A stretch of 64,000 bases of DNA from a virus (Duplodnaviria > Caudoviricetes): the IMG/VR virus record IMGVR_UViG_3300048598_000287, positions 1 to 64,000 of that record; one strand, 5' to 3'. The notes under the pieces are model-generated. The model did not search any database and was not told where the DNA came from. It saw nothing but the letters and a program-made list of their open reading frames with translations. Shown here piece by piece: positions 31,151-42,707 of this stretch. A program made the position numbers and the translations under genes. The number at the start of each line of letters is the position of its first letter. Position 1 is the stretch's first letter.

Positions 31151-31477
31151 ATGCCCATCATCAAAGGAGATGCTCATGAAACGCATGAGAAACTGTATGA
31201 GACCGGTCATTCCCGACGTATCGCGGGGGTGCATATGATAACCAAGCTTGTCCCGGAAAAAAGATACCGGATAAAGATGCTCAAAAACACGATGTTCGGC
31301 GATTCCGTACTCCTCCGCAAAGGTGCGACACTAGTCATATCATCCTATCTCGCACCTCCTTCCGGAAACTCTCCGTTCCCTGTCAGAAAATGGGCCGCAA
31401 AGATAGGCAACGACTTCCTCATCTTCAAGAGGGAAGAAAACGGATCCATGTTCATCGTCACCGGAGAAGCAAAATGA
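31151..31477 (+). CDS. Hypothetical protein (homologous to the N-terminus of 33438-34421)
   Basis: MITKLVPEKRYRIKMLKNTMF versus MITTLTPDKQYRIRMLRDTMF. Confidence 0.65.
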   Translation: MPIIKGDAHETHEKLYETGHSRRIAGVHMITKLVPEKRYRIKMLKNTMFGDSVLLRKGATLVISSYLAPPSGNSPFPVRKWAAKIGNDFLIFKREENGSMFIVTGEAK

Positions 31478-31991
31478 TAATCCAGATTAAGAAGACCGGA
31501 CATCCCGGACAGTTCGACATCACTAACTCATGCCGTGGAGACAACGACCAGCTCGACGAATTCCTAAGGAAATCCTCAAAGGTCATTCCCTCCGGCAATA
31601 AATACGTCTTCCATCCGGTCGGAAAAGAATCCGAAGCCGTCCTCGCAAAATTCGACTCCCGCGACAAAGGCTTCGGCATCGCATGGGACATCAATTAATT
31701 TTGACATCCCCCTTGTTTTTCCACATTTAATTATCTATATTATATCCATCATCAACAAGGAGACACACAATGATTAACTTACTTAACGCGATAGCGGAGA
31801 TAATCAACCTCGGCGTGCATTTCATAGTGTACATCATCATCACCGCGATCATCATCCTCGCAATCATCTTCCTCGCCCTCGTCGCATGCCGTAACCACAG
31901 GGACCGTAACGCATCCCTCGACCTGGCAAACACAGTACAGACATGCCTCGCATATCAGGGCCACACCATCCTTTCATAAGGAAACATCACA

Positions 31992-32360
31992 ATGTGCAAC
32001 ACAGCTAAAAAACACATCTACTTCATCACCACCGACACAGGCTCCCACCTCGTCATAGGTCATACCATCAATCTCTCCGCAAAGGAATACACCGCGGTCA
32101 ACATCTTCTCCCCGTATTCCGCGGTCAAAACCGAAAACATCACCATCCTCACTTCCAAGATCAACACCGTCGAATCCCTCTCCCCGGAAGAAGCCACAGA
32201 ATTCATCTGCATCAAATTCCCGTCCTTCCAGGAAGAATCGTGGGAATTCTGCAAGGAAATCAGATCCTACCGCAAAACCCACCACCCCGCATCCAAATCG
32301 GACATCCTCTCCATCATCAAATACATATTCCCCGATCAATCAACAAAGGAATCCGTATGA
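31992..32360 (+). CDS. Hypothetical protein
   Basis: RBS; operon context. Confidence 0.6.
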   Translation: MCNTAKKHIYFITTDTGSHLVIGHTINLSAKEYTAVNIFSPYSAVKTENITILTSKINTVESLSPEEATEFICIKFPSFQEESWEFCKEIRSYRKTHHPASKSDILSIIKYIFPDQSTKESV

Positions 32361-33070
32361 AAAAACCCGTCTCCGCACTCGTCATCGCACCGGACTGGAA
32401 ATCCGCCGTCCAATGGACCAAGTCATTCTCCAAAAATAACTACGAATCCAGAATGAATAAATCCGGAATCTGGTTCTCCAGACCCCCGTGCTTCCTCTCC
32501 ACGACGGGAACACCCGTCTCCAGCCTCGATCCGAAATCCATCTCGGACGCCCAGGCAGTCATCACTCAATACCACCTCCATGACGTATCCGACAAACTCA
32601 TGGTCCTTAAACAATTCTCGCATTCCCTCGCATGGAATGTCAAACTCTTCCTCTAGGAGATATATAATATGAAAAACCTCTTCTTCAGCCTCCTCAGCGT
32701 CACCGCAGGACTCATCGCCATCGCCATCCTCGCTGGCGGATGCTTCGTCATCATCCCCCAGATCATCTCCCCGGACCACTCCAGGGTTGATCAGGACTAC
32801 TGCCACCCCGCAAAGAACATCACCCAGGACGGAACAACAACCCCAGATGATAAACCATTCATCCCCACACCCCGTAACTGATAGATATATAAATCGGCTA
32901 GCTGCTTAAACTAGCCGATTATTTTTTCCATTTTTTATCCATCCTATCCCATCACCCTATCTCCGCATCCTCTCCCATATATTTTTTTTCATTTTTTTCC
33001 CCAATATATCCGAATTAATTATCTATATTATATTCTAACATATCATATCCATGTCAAAAGGAGGCATCAT

Positions 33071-33367
33071 ATGAAACTCACTCCTGAACTTATAGCCAAG
33101 GAATTGGAAGACGCATCGGACTCGCTCGAACATCATGCTCAAACAACATATATGGAATACCTCGCGAACATGGCTTCTTATATCCGCGTTGATACCAGAT
33201 ATGCTTCATGCACCATCAAACTGGACGGACTGACCATCCACTCCGACACCCGTTCCGTATCTTCCGAAACAATGAAGGCAACCTTCTCCACCCATGCGGA
33301 AAATGCCCTCGTACACTACTTCGTCCACTTCCTCGCCAACACATACAATAAACTCTCCATCTCCTGA
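33071..33367 (+). CDS. Hypothetical protein
   Basis: Strong RBS. Confidence 0.65.
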   Translation: MKLTPELIAKELEDASDSLEHHAQTTYMEYLANMASYIRVDTRYASCTIKLDGLTIHSDTRSVSSETMKATFSTHAENALVHYFVHFLANTYNKLSIS

Positions 33368-33437
33368 TTCAACTATCTTGCTTTATCACAATTAATTATC
33401 TATATTATATCCATATCATCCATAGCAAGGAAACAAT

Positions 33438-34421
33438 ATGATAACCACTCTCACGCCCGATAAGCAATACCGCATCCGTATGCTCAGAGACACAATGTTC
33501 CATTCATCAGGAATCATCCATAGGGGAACATACCTCGTCATTTCCTCTTATATAGAACACCCGCATGGAATCTGTAAATGGATGGCTAAATACGGCGAAT
33601 ATAACCTCCTCTTCAACCCGGAAGACATCAACTCAATGTTCACCGTCACCGAAGAAATCAACGCGGTCAATGACTTCAATAAAATGATCGCTGAAGACAG
33701 AAAGGACGCCGAATCCTTCCTCCATAACTTCTCATTAAAGGAACTCAGGGATACCGCATCCGGTCTCCTCGCATCCGCCAAAGCCTTACGTAAACTATTC
33801 AAGAAAACCGATAAATTCGACCTCTATTCCCTCGCTAACTCCCTCGCCAACTCATTCCGGAAAGAATTCGGCATCTATCTCCCGGAACTCGCTAAATTCT
33901 CCGATGCTTCACCATATGAAACATCAAGGACCAGATGCATATCCATCTCCGCTAACCTCATCGCCATCTTCGACATATCCGCCCAGATCATCGCCAAATC
34001 CCCCTTCGACCAACACTCCATGGAAACCATCTCCTATATCCTCTCCCTTGCCGATGCCGATCCTTCCGAAGACCTCATCATCAAAACAGATACCGATAAC
34101 ATCCTCACTTTCCTCTCCATCCATGAAAAAACCACCATCGCTAAAGATACCGACATGAATGTCATCCTCGGCTTCTCTATGAAAACCCCCTCCGGAACCC
34201 TCATCGCTTCCGGTAACGCCATCTCCCTCGACAATCTCGATCCCGTCTCAACTAAAGTCATCAAAGATACCGCAGTCTTCAAATACTCCGGCTCAAATAT
34301 CTCCGTCCTCCTTAAACAATCCGGTGACCTGGCCATCATAGACATGTCAGCAAAAAAATACCTCTCTAAATCAACAATCCCCATTGCTCTAGCTAAACAT
34401 ATATACGAAAAATACATCTGA
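33438..34421 (+). CDS. Hypothetical protein
   Basis: 327-aa ORF with promoter and RBS. Confidence 0.75.
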   Translation: MITTLTPDKQYRIRMLRDTMFHSSGIIHRGTYLVISSYIEHPHGICKWMAKYGEYNLLFNPEDINSMFTVTEEINAVNDFNKMIAEDRKDAESFLHNFSLKELRDTASGLLASAKALRKLFKKTDKFDLYSLANSLANSFRKEFGIYLPELAKFSDASPYETSRTRCISISANLIAIFDISAQIIAKSPFDQHSMETISYILSLADADPSEDLIIKTDTDNILTFLSIHEKTTIAKDTDMNVILGFSMKTPSGTLIASGNAISLDNLDPVSTKVIKDTAVFKYSGSNISVLLKQSGDLAIIDMSAKKYLSKSTIPIALAKHIYEKYI

Positions 34422-34696
34422 TGTATACCGGCGTATGATATAATGAATATTTTTTTTAATTTTTTATCAACCGAGGTAAATTAACCATAGGAAATCTATA
34501 AACAACTTATAAACTACACTAGCGTAACGGTCATGATAACCGGTTGATACACGCATATTAAGCTACACAGATCCGCCACATATTTCGCAGAATCTATCAA
34601 AATAGCTAATTAATTATCAATAATATCCAGAAGTAATTGCAACACGTCCGAAATCCATGGCGCATCCGTATAGAAGCATACGGGAATCATTTCATA

Positions 34697-35170
34697 TCAG
34701 GTGCAGATGCCAAGGACATAGTCATAGTATTGGTCCACATTCAGGTCTGCCAGGGAAGTATGACATGCGGTACGGAGGGTGTAGAGTCTGTTTGGGCATG
34801 GTAGTTCGTCGAACTGTCTGAAGACGGGTCCGTTATCGTGCCAGTACGCCGTCGTCTTATCTGGGGGGTTTTTTGATATCGGTGTCAGGGCCAGGTTCAC
34901 GTCTGATGTAGTGGACAGTGACAGGTATTGTTCTATCCATTCTTCGCATAAGGCAGTGAACTGTTTTGAGAGGGTTTTCATAGCGGATTTATAGGTTTCC
35001 GGTATGGGCATGGCAAGTTCGAACAATGGATAGTGTGGGTATGGGAGTCCGAACATCGTTCTGGAGAGGCATTTGCATCTATACTTGGTCAACATGGTGA
35101 CATTCAGTCCGAGCTTGTTTACGGCAGGTTTCTTTGACATATTTGGTCCAGGGTTAAGATATATGTTCAT
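34697..35170 (-). CDS. Hypothetical protein
   Basis: Terminal gene of the convergent minus-strand block. Confidence 0.6.
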   Translation of the reverse strand: MNIYLNPGPNMSKKPAVNKLGLNVTMLTKYRCKCLSRTMFGLPYPHYPLFELAMPIPETYKSAMKTLSKQFTALCEEWIEQYLSLSTTSDVNLALTPISKNPPDKTTAYWHDNGPVFRQFDELPCPNRLYTLRTACHTSLADLNVDQYYDYVLGICT

Positions 35171-35580
35171 CTATCTTTTCTTTAATCATGCAAGCGATTT
35201 CTTTTGCCGATTTGTTTCTTACGATGAGCTCATAATAGGACATCGGATCCACATTGATATCAATCATATCAGGGTCATAATAGATTACATATCCGTGAAT
35301 ATGGAATTCTTGGTGCAGGTCGTCAGCTATTAAATCAGGATATGTTTTATATAATTCATATTTAAGATTCTCATATTTATCGGCGATAAGCAGATGTGCA
35401 ATGTGGCGCATCCATTTAAGAAAAGGGTTCTTTGTCATAGATGTTACGCCTCACGCATAGGATTTTCAGAGATGGGTTTCATATGGTTCCTTACATTATT
35501 CTTACATCTTTGAAATTGAACATGGGATTTAATGGCAGATCCCGGATCTTTTTGGCATATTCGGTACGTCTGGGTGAGTT

Positions 35581-35979
35581 TCATACGGAATCCTTGAAAT
35601 TATACATCGGGTTCAGGTTCATATCTCGGATCAGCATTGCATATTCCCTTCGTTTGGCATTGTCATAAGATCCTGGTCCATGGGAATTTATATATTTATT
35701 ATATAGTCCATTAAGACAAAGAGAATGAGTATTATGTATTAGTGGGCAAAATGAACAGAATAAGGTTTTCACATCTGGATCCAAGCCGTCTTTGACTTTG
35801 GTAACATAATCACAGGCATAGCACCCGGCTTCTGGAATTTCGTGTATGCAATGAATATTAAAATAATCGTCTTTATTCTTAGCCGGGTGTTTGGCGAGCC
35901 AATCCCACAGTTCATAGTGAAGGTCGTGTCTGAATGTGATGTCTTTTATCTTATCGAGCTGTTTATTTGAAAGTTTCAT
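35581..35979 (-). CDS. Cys-rich paralog family (LWDWLAKHP, CxACDY, CxFCP)
   Basis: Three intact paralogs in the window. Confidence 0.75.
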   Translation of the reverse strand: MKLSNKQLDKIKDITFRHDLHYELWDWLAKHPAKNKDDYFNIHCIHEIPEAGCYACDYVTKVKDGLDPDVKTLFCSFCPLIHNTHSLCLNGLYNKYINSHGPGSYDNAKRREYAMLIRDMNLNPMYNFKDSV

Positions 35980-36356
35980 ACGGAATCCTTGAAATTATAC
36001 ATCGGGTTCAGTTCCATGTCGCGGATCAACATTGCATATTTGTGTTTATCGTCTCTGGTGGCAGATGCGTATAGAGGATATATCCCATTAAGGCAAAACT
36101 TATCAAGGCTAGCATTAAAGGGGCAAAACAGGCAGGGATGTTTTCTAAAGGATGGATTCAATATTCCTTGAACTTTAATAGCGTAATCACAGGCATAGCT
36201 TGTCTGGTATGGAATTTTTCTAGGAATATGAAACTTAAAATACGCCAATACATCTTTATCGGGGTGTTTGGCAAGCCAGTCCCACAATTCATAGTGAAGG
36301 TCATGACGGAAAGTGATGTCTTTTATCTTATCGAGCTGTTTATTTGTGAGTTTCAT
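35976..36356 (-). CDS. Cys-rich paralog family
   Basis: MKLTNKQLDKIKD start. Confidence 0.75.
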   Translation of the reverse strand: MKLTNKQLDKIKDITFRHDLHYELWDWLAKHPDKDVLAYFKFHIPRKIPYQTSYACDYAIKVQGILNPSFRKHPCLFCPFNASLDKFCLNGIYPLYASATRDDKHKYAMLIRDMELNPMYNFKDSV

Positions 36357-36750
36357 AGTTAATCCTATGTTCGGCGATTTTGCGTACAATCTCAAGTTGT
36401 TTTAACACTTCCTGAGCAATATCTGATAGGGAATGCCCATCTTTACCAATTAGTTCCAGATCCGTAATTCCGCCGTGTTTGCCCGATACATTAGACCATC
36501 TAATATCACTTAAAATAACAGAAGTTTCCGCTGGATCCGATTTGATAGTAAAAGAAATTGTTTCATATGGCGATACATTAGTAAGTATCAGGCAATCATC
36601 GAATGGTTCGGCTTGGGCGATACCATTCCAATAATCTCCAATATATGCTTCCCTTGATCGGGCATTGATATCATTTGCAAGGTTAGCATAGAACGCGGCA
36701 TCTGCAGTGGTTTCCATAGTGATCCTCATATTGACGGGTTTCTTTTCCAA
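36340..36750 (-). CDS. Hypothetical protein
   Basis: ORF; a shorter paralog lies at 36800-37009. Confidence 0.6.
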   Translation of the reverse strand: MEKKPVNMRITMETTADAAFYANLANDINARSREAYIGDYWNGIAQAEPFDDCLILTNVSPYETISFTIKSDPAETSVILSDIRWSNVSGKHGGITDLELIGKDGHSLSDIAQEVLKQLEIVRKIAEHRINYETHK

Positions 36751-37256
36751 ATATAGTATATTTATTTCATTTTGGTATAGTTTAAACTTGAGGAAGGCAT
36801 TATTTTCCTGCTATGGCAGGCCATTTCACATCGGTTATCATGATGTGGATAATGGGAGATCCCTGGGAAATGGTCATGTTGGCGGTATAGTATGACGTTA
36901 CATTAGTGAGGATGGTACGTTCTTCAGATACATCGGTAATGGTGAACCATTCCTTAGCAAGTTTAGCATAGAACTCGGACTCGGTAGATGTTTTCATATA
37001 GATCCTCATGTTCGCTGACTGGCGGTATTCATTCTGTTCATATCATATGCTTCCGTTTATGGGCGATTAAATAGCCGAATAAATAATTTATTTTAGTTGA
37101 GCGATTGCCATTGACGGCATCTTTTGACAGGGCGGTTATTTCGTCGTGCAGGTTTATTTCTGCGTCATCATTGAAGTTGATGCTTAAAAACGGGATGGAC
37201 GACAGCGGCTTCTCGGAGAATTCAACTATGTTTCTTTGCATACCATATAGTTTTCA

Positions 37257-37646
37257 TCAACAATCTTCGAAATTATACATCGGGTTCAGTTTCATATCCC
37301 TGATTTGTTTAGCATATTCTGCACGTTTATCAACAGTTCCATTAAACCAGTCGTCATACTTGCCATTTAGGCAGAGATCGCTAGTTCTACTATCAAGCTT
37401 AAACGGGCAGAAGTCACAGCGGGGATGTCTACATTTAGTATTCAAAATAGCTCTTACTTTAATGGCATAATCACAAGCATGGCATACAGCATCTCCTGCA
37501 TACTTCAACTCGTCAGGAAACTGCGCAAAATAATGCGATTTACAGTGCCACGGATGTTTGGCTAGCCAATCCCATAGCTTATAATGCAAATCATACCGGA
37601 AAGGAATATCTTTGATTTTATCAAGTTGTTCACTTGTTAATTTCAT
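37257..37646 (-). CDS. Cys-rich paralog family
   Basis: Same motifs. Confidence 0.75.
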   Translation of the reverse strand: MKLTSEQLDKIKDIPFRYDLHYKLWDWLAKHPWHCKSHYFAQFPDELKYAGDAVCHACDYAIKVRAILNTKCRHPRCDFCPFKLDSRTSDLCLNGKYDDWFNGTVDKRAEYAKQIRDMKLNPMYNFEDC

Positions 37647-37948
37647 GATAACTATCCTTATAAGAAGTAAGCGGCGGAGTTTCCCGTTACGCTATTTATT
37701 GAAATATAGCTGATTATTAGATTATCAACCGCCGCCAATAACATAATCGGAAAAATTTTCATATTCATGTATCGATAATCTACCCCAGTCATCGGGTTCA
37801 CGGCCCATCTTCTGCCTTATTTGTTCCATAGCTTCTTCTAGATCAGGTGCTATGGCAAATGCCAAGCCACATGTATAATCAGGGCAAAACTCATCCCATA
37901 CAAATAGCCGTAATTTACGTTTCATCGTTATATTCCTTCATTATGGTT

Positions 37949-38431
37949 TTAATTCTGATTGGATTGTGATCTTTTAATCGCATCCCGAATTGTAGTAATG
38001 GATGCCGTACCAATCTTTAGTACATCTTTACCATCTATTTCCAGCAAAGAATCAGGTACTTGGTCATCTATGAGTAGAAATTCACCGGAGTTGTACTGAT
38101 TCTGGATATATGCTCTAAATGCTTCTGCTTTAGTATAGAAGTCTGACAATTCGGGATTATCAATATGTCGTCCTTCATGACCATTTTTATTCAAAATGGG
38201 TATCAACTCTTCTCTACTTTGAACGATATTAACTTTTTTACCGAAAAAAGACTCTATTTTAGGTCTGATCGACGTATTAAATAGATCCATATCTTCTTGA
38301 TTATAAATTGCGAATGTAAACAAATCTATACAATCCAATTGGTCTATTATTGGTTTAAGATCCGCAAAAATCTCAGGATTAAACCAAGAATCTATCAAAA
38401 CACCTTCTAGATCAAAAAACATGTGGTTCAT
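37949..38431 (-). CDS. HAD-superfamily hydrolase-like protein
   Basis: FFDLEGVLID motif I and LLIDD motif IV. Confidence 0.6.
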   Translation of the reverse strand: MNHMFFDLEGVLIDSWFNPEIFADLKPIIDQLDCIDLFTFAIYNQEDMDLFNTSIRPKIESFFGKKVNIVQSREELIPILNKNGHEGRHIDNPELSDFYTKAEAFRAYIQNQYNSGEFLLIDDQVPDSLLEIDGKDVLKIGTASITTIRDAIKRSQSNQN

Positions 38432-38494
38432 ATTTACCTCTTGATGTTAATATAGTAAATGGTCATGCGTTTAACAAGGGGATAACTACATTAA

Positions 38495-38896
38495 TTAAGT
38501 CTCTTTGAGATATTTAGAATTAATCCGGTTGCCATTAGAATCGTATTCGGCACAATATACGTATCCAGTGGAATGTTTTCTACGAATAATATTTCCTTTA
38601 GAATCATACCAGTCTTCTGATCCATTTGATGCCTTATAATGAACAAGTCGGCCCTGCTCATCATATTCATACCATTCTTTTAATCCGTCTGAATACTTCT
38701 TACGAATCATACGTCCATTAGAATCGTACCACTCTTCATATCCATCCGAATCCTTAGTATGGATCAGTTTTCCATCAAAATACCATCGTTCGTATCCAGA
38801 ATTATCCTTATCCCGAATAAGTTTCCCCTGGTATTCGGAAATCTTCCCACGGATCATTGAGATAGCATTTAGGATCTTGCTTATGATATGATTCAT
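38495..38896 (-). CDS. YD-like repeat protein (MNHII N-terminus)
   Basis: Repeats. Confidence 0.8.
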   Translation of the reverse strand: MNHIISKILNAISMIRGKISEYQGKLIRDKDNSGYERWYFDGKLIHTKDSDGYEEWYDSNGRMIRKKYSDGLKEWYEYDEQGRLVHYKASNGSEDWYDSKGNIIRRKHSTGYVYCAEYDSNGNRINSKYLKET

Positions 38897-38900
38897 TTAA

Positions 38901-39863
38901 TTAACTTCTTGTATTTTTACCTTTACTATTGACATCATAAAAATATTCGGTCCCGTCTGACCATTTTTCATGAATACTATTCCCATTGGCATCATTCCAA
39001 ATTTCAGAGCCATCGTAAAATTTGGTGTAAATACGGTTTCCTTGGTCATCATAGTCATACCAATATTCATCTCCAACGGAATCCTTATAATGAATCAGGT
39101 TTCTCTTATCATTGTATTCATACCACTTTTCTAATCCAGAATAATCCTTACAATGAATAAGATTTCTATTGGAATCATACCTCCATTCATCGCCATTAGA
39201 ATCCTTAGCATGAATAAGTTTACCTTTATTATCGAACCAGCTTTCAGCTCCTGTACTATCTTTCTTATGAATTACGTTGCCCTTAGCATCATACCATCGT
39301 TCTACTCCGTTGGGCCACTTCTCATGAATTATATTCTCATCGGAATCATACCAAAATTCATTACCATAGGAATTATTCACGTGAGTACCATTGATCGTTC
39401 CATTGGAATCATATTCATACCACTTATCTGCCCCGGTAGAATATTTTCTGTGAATAATATGCCTATCGGAATCAAACCAATATTCATCACCGTCGGAACA
39501 TATAGTGTGAATAGTATGTCCCTCAGCATCATATTCATGCCAACTCTCTAAGCCATCTTGATCCTTCTCATGAATCACGTTATTTTTATCATCATACCAT
39601 TTTTCAATTCCACCTGGAAATTTTGTATGAATGATGGTTCCCTTTGTATCGAACCATTCTTCGAATACATCGGAGAACTTAGTGTGAATCTTCTTCCCAT
39701 CTGAGTCATACTCATGCCAACGGTCAACACCATCTGAATGCTTCATATAAATGGTATTACCATCTTTATCATACTCATACCATTCTTCGGAACCATCTGA
39801 CCACTTCGTATGAATATTGTTACCTTCGCCATCGGATTCGCATTGAGTTTTTGAAATTTGCAT
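38901..39863 (-). CDS. YD-like repeat protein
   Basis: Repeats. Confidence 0.85.
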   Translation of the reverse strand: MQISKTQCESDGEGNNIHTKWSDGSEEWYEYDKDGNTIYMKHSDGVDRWHEYDSDGKKIHTKFSDVFEEWFDTKGTIIHTKFPGGIEKWYDDKNNVIHEKDQDGLESWHEYDAEGHTIHTICSDGDEYWFDSDRHIIHRKYSTGADKWYEYDSNGTINGTHVNNSYGNEFWYDSDENIIHEKWPNGVERWYDAKGNVIHKKDSTGAESWFDNKGKLIHAKDSNGDEWRYDSNRNLIHCKDYSGLEKWYEYNDKRNLIHYKDSVGDEYWYDYDDQGNRIYTKFYDGSEIWNDANGNSIHEKWSDGTEYFYDVNSKGKNTRS

Positions 39864-40267
39864 ATTATTCTCCTATATTAATCAAATATAGTCAATTCGA
39901 TTGCGTTTCGCAATTATAAATGAAAATAATTGTTTTTTATCATTTTAACTAATCATATATGACTTAATACCCATATTTTATTACTTAAGTACTCATATAT
40001 GAATAATATAACCTTTCTAATTGATCTTAATCTTTTTCATTATTCCATATACAATTGGCATAAAATATTTTCACGGGCGCATCATCTATACTGATTCATC
40101 ATTTCTATCTGTCTAACATTGTTTTAACCTGCATTTGTGTTTTTTGCGCAGCAAAAAATTGGCGTAAAACTTGTGTGAAAAATCCGCAGGCTTTAGCACG
40201 TTTTATGACAAAACAAATGTCAGGTTGAAAACTGTGTTGGTTGTTTTTTATGCAAGCAAAAATGTTT

Positions 40268-41164
40268 TTAATTCTTTTCAATATCAGATAATCGCTTTAG
40301 TGTCGTTTTATAATACTCTTTGTCTTGTTCAATCCCAATATACTTACGATGCAGCTTTAATGCTGCAACAAGTGTCGTCCCGCTACCACAAAACGGGTCT
40401 ACGACGATTTGATTTTCTGTTGTTGTTAATTCAATTAATAATTCCATAAGTTTTAATGGTTTTTGTGTCGGATGCAGTCCAGTATCAGAAGAGGAGGAAG
40501 AAATTGATATAATATTATTTGGATCAAGTCCATACTTAGCAAAAACCTTTTCATTATAGGCACCTACTTCATATTCAAGCATGTTGTCTGCTAAAGTACC
40601 TCCTATTTTATAAGGCTTCTGAAACCAAAGAATAGGCTCAAAAACAGGACGTAAATTTCCAAGTTTCCATCCTTCCCATTTTTCTGCAGACCCCTTATCT
40701 TCTCTTCGTTCATAAACAACACTTATTCTTTGTGCGCGATGAGCAGCTTTCACTTTATCCCAGGCGATCATATCTTTAAATGTAAATCCAGCATCTTCAA
40801 AAGCACATATACAACGAGGGGCAAGTCTTCGACCTGCAAAAACAAAAGCACTTGCACCAGGCTTTAAAACTCTATACCAATCAAACACCCATTCGGAAAC
40901 CCATTCATAATACTGCTTAGCAATCAGTTTATCTTCTTCTGACCATCCATTTAATGGCTTACCTCTTTTTTTAAATATATTACCTGCCTTTTCTTGTGCA
41001 GGACTTGAACCTAGTAATGCACTGTTTGTATTTGTATGCAAAACATCCCACGAATCGAAACTGATACCGTATGGTATATCACTTAAAATTAAATGAACTG
41101 AATTATCTTCAAGTTCTTTCATTTTCTGAATTGAATCAGCACAATAGACAGAATCAAATTTCAT
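40268..41164 (-). CDS. Orphan N4-C/N6-A DNA methyltransferase (beta class)
   Basis: SDIPY catalytic motif, HPTQKP, DPFCGSGTT. Confidence 0.9.
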   Translation of the reverse strand: MKFDSVYCADSIQKMKELEDNSVHLILSDIPYGISFDSWDVLHTNTNSALLGSSPAQEKAGNIFKKRGKPLNGWSEEDKLIAKQYYEWVSEWVFDWYRVLKPGASAFVFAGRRLAPRCICAFEDAGFTFKDMIAWDKVKAAHRAQRISVVYERREDKGSAEKWEGWKLGNLRPVFEPILWFQKPYKIGGTLADNMLEYEVGAYNEKVFAKYGLDPNNIISISSSSSDTGLHPTQKPLKLMELLIELTTTENQIVVDPFCGSGTTLVAALKLHRKYIGIEQDKEYYKTTLKRLSDIEKN

Positions 41165-41210
41165 TTTAGCCTCTCAATGAATTTGTGAATTTAGTTATTG
41201 CTGGCATCTT

Positions 41211-41569
41211 GTACTTCGAATAGCTTATCGAACGTTTTCTTTTCATAAGTGCCTTACTTTTCAGCCTTCATAAGAATATTAGTAAATACCATCAATCCGG
41301 CAAAGAATAATCCTAATAGCATTATTACAACTAGCCAGCCAGATAATTCATTGGCCACTTGTATATTATTTAATAGCAGGTATAATCCCGTGCTAAGGGA
41401 TATAGACATCATCAAACTAGACATTACTAATTTCATATTGATTTCCTTAAGTTTTTACAATTAAATATACATAGAATTTATATTTTTCCACATGGTAAAT
41501 AGCAATATTGCTATTTACTTATCCAATGGGTTATAGTACCATGTATGATGTACTTCAGATATCCACTCA
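41211..41569. repeat. ~359-bp direct repeat, second copy at 44276-44634
   Basis: Near-identical; contains the 60-aa membrane ORFs 41254-41436 and 44319-44501. Confidence 0.85.
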
Positions 41570-41713
41570 TGCCAACGTTCAACACTGTATCATAATGTTA
41601 CAGTAAAATGTAATTTATCAGAAGCAAGAGTTATTGACATCAATTTTATATTTCAATGGGATTTTAATGGTAACTTCGTCGGGATTATCGGTAGGCATCG
41701 CTACATATATTTC

Positions 41714-42631
41714 TTAATAATTTACCATTATGACTTCATGCGTTTCTGTGGATTTCTTTTTAGCTACTTTCTTGTAGTCGTATTCAAGTTCAATCATCTT
41801 GAACTTACCTGATTCCGACAGAAGATCCAGTAGCTTGCATCTTTCATCTCCATGGATGTCCGTTCCGGAAATCATCCATTTGGCATCGGAAAAATCGGAT
41901 ATGAACTTAAAAAGGCGTTCATCATCATTCTGTTTCCAGAATGCGTTATATCCCGCCTCCGTATTGGAATACGGTGGGTCTGCATAGAAGAATACATCGG
42001 ACATGTTTTGGACGCGCATGGAATTTGCTGAAACCGTTTCGAAATCACCCCAGATTATATCCACATTACGTATGGTTTTAAGAAGATTCCGCCACTCGGT
42101 GAGTTTCTTTTCCGTGGATTCATTGTACATACGTTTTCCGCAGGTCTGATTGAATAGCCCATGACGGTTGAACCTCATCATATTGTTTGTGCAGGACAGC
42201 ATGAGCCCGTACAGGCGGTAAGCCTTGTAATTAAGAAACGTGATCTTGTCGTTTATGTACTCCCCGCTTCCGGTAAAGTCGGATGTAAGAAGCGAATTGT
42301 ACTCATCCCGGAGAATCTGATATCTGTCATAGTCTGATGACGAGAACATTTTAAGGCACTCTATTAACCTTGCAAAATCAGTGTCGCTTCCTGTGGAGAG
42401 CACTTTCTGTATCCGTTGAATGTCAAATATATATTCATTAGATACCACATTTTTGAACATCCCTGCCAGATTGAATGACACCGTTCCTGATCCGCTGAAC
42501 AGATCAACAAGGGTCATATTATCAGTAGATTCCGGAAGATGTGCAACTAACTGCGGAAGAAGTTTGAACTTGTTCCCGGTGTAATTGAAAGGTGAATTAA
42601 CGTACATATGAATCCTTTGTGACAATGACAT
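41714..42631 (-). CDS. Dam-like DNA adenine methyltransferase
   Basis: FNYTGNK, DLFSGSG, DPPY. Confidence 0.88.
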   Translation of the reverse strand: MSLSQRIHMYVNSPFNYTGNKFKLLPQLVAHLPESTDNMTLVDLFSGSGTVSFNLAGMFKNVVSNEYIFDIQRIQKVLSTGSDTDFARLIECLKMFSSSDYDRYQILRDEYNSLLTSDFTGSGEYINDKITFLNYKAYRLYGLMLSCTNNMMRFNRHGLFNQTCGKRMYNESTEKKLTEWRNLLKTIRNVDIIWGDFETVSANSMRVQNMSDVFFYADPPYSNTEAGYNAFWKQNDDERLFKFISDFSDAKWMISGTDIHGDERCKLLDLLSESGKFKMIELEYDYKKVAKKKSTETHEVIMVNY

Positions 42632-42707
42632 ACTAAATATAGTAAATTATATTATTTTAGGTATAATATAAAAACAATGAAATCTGTGATCCTAACCCTA
42701 GAAATAA

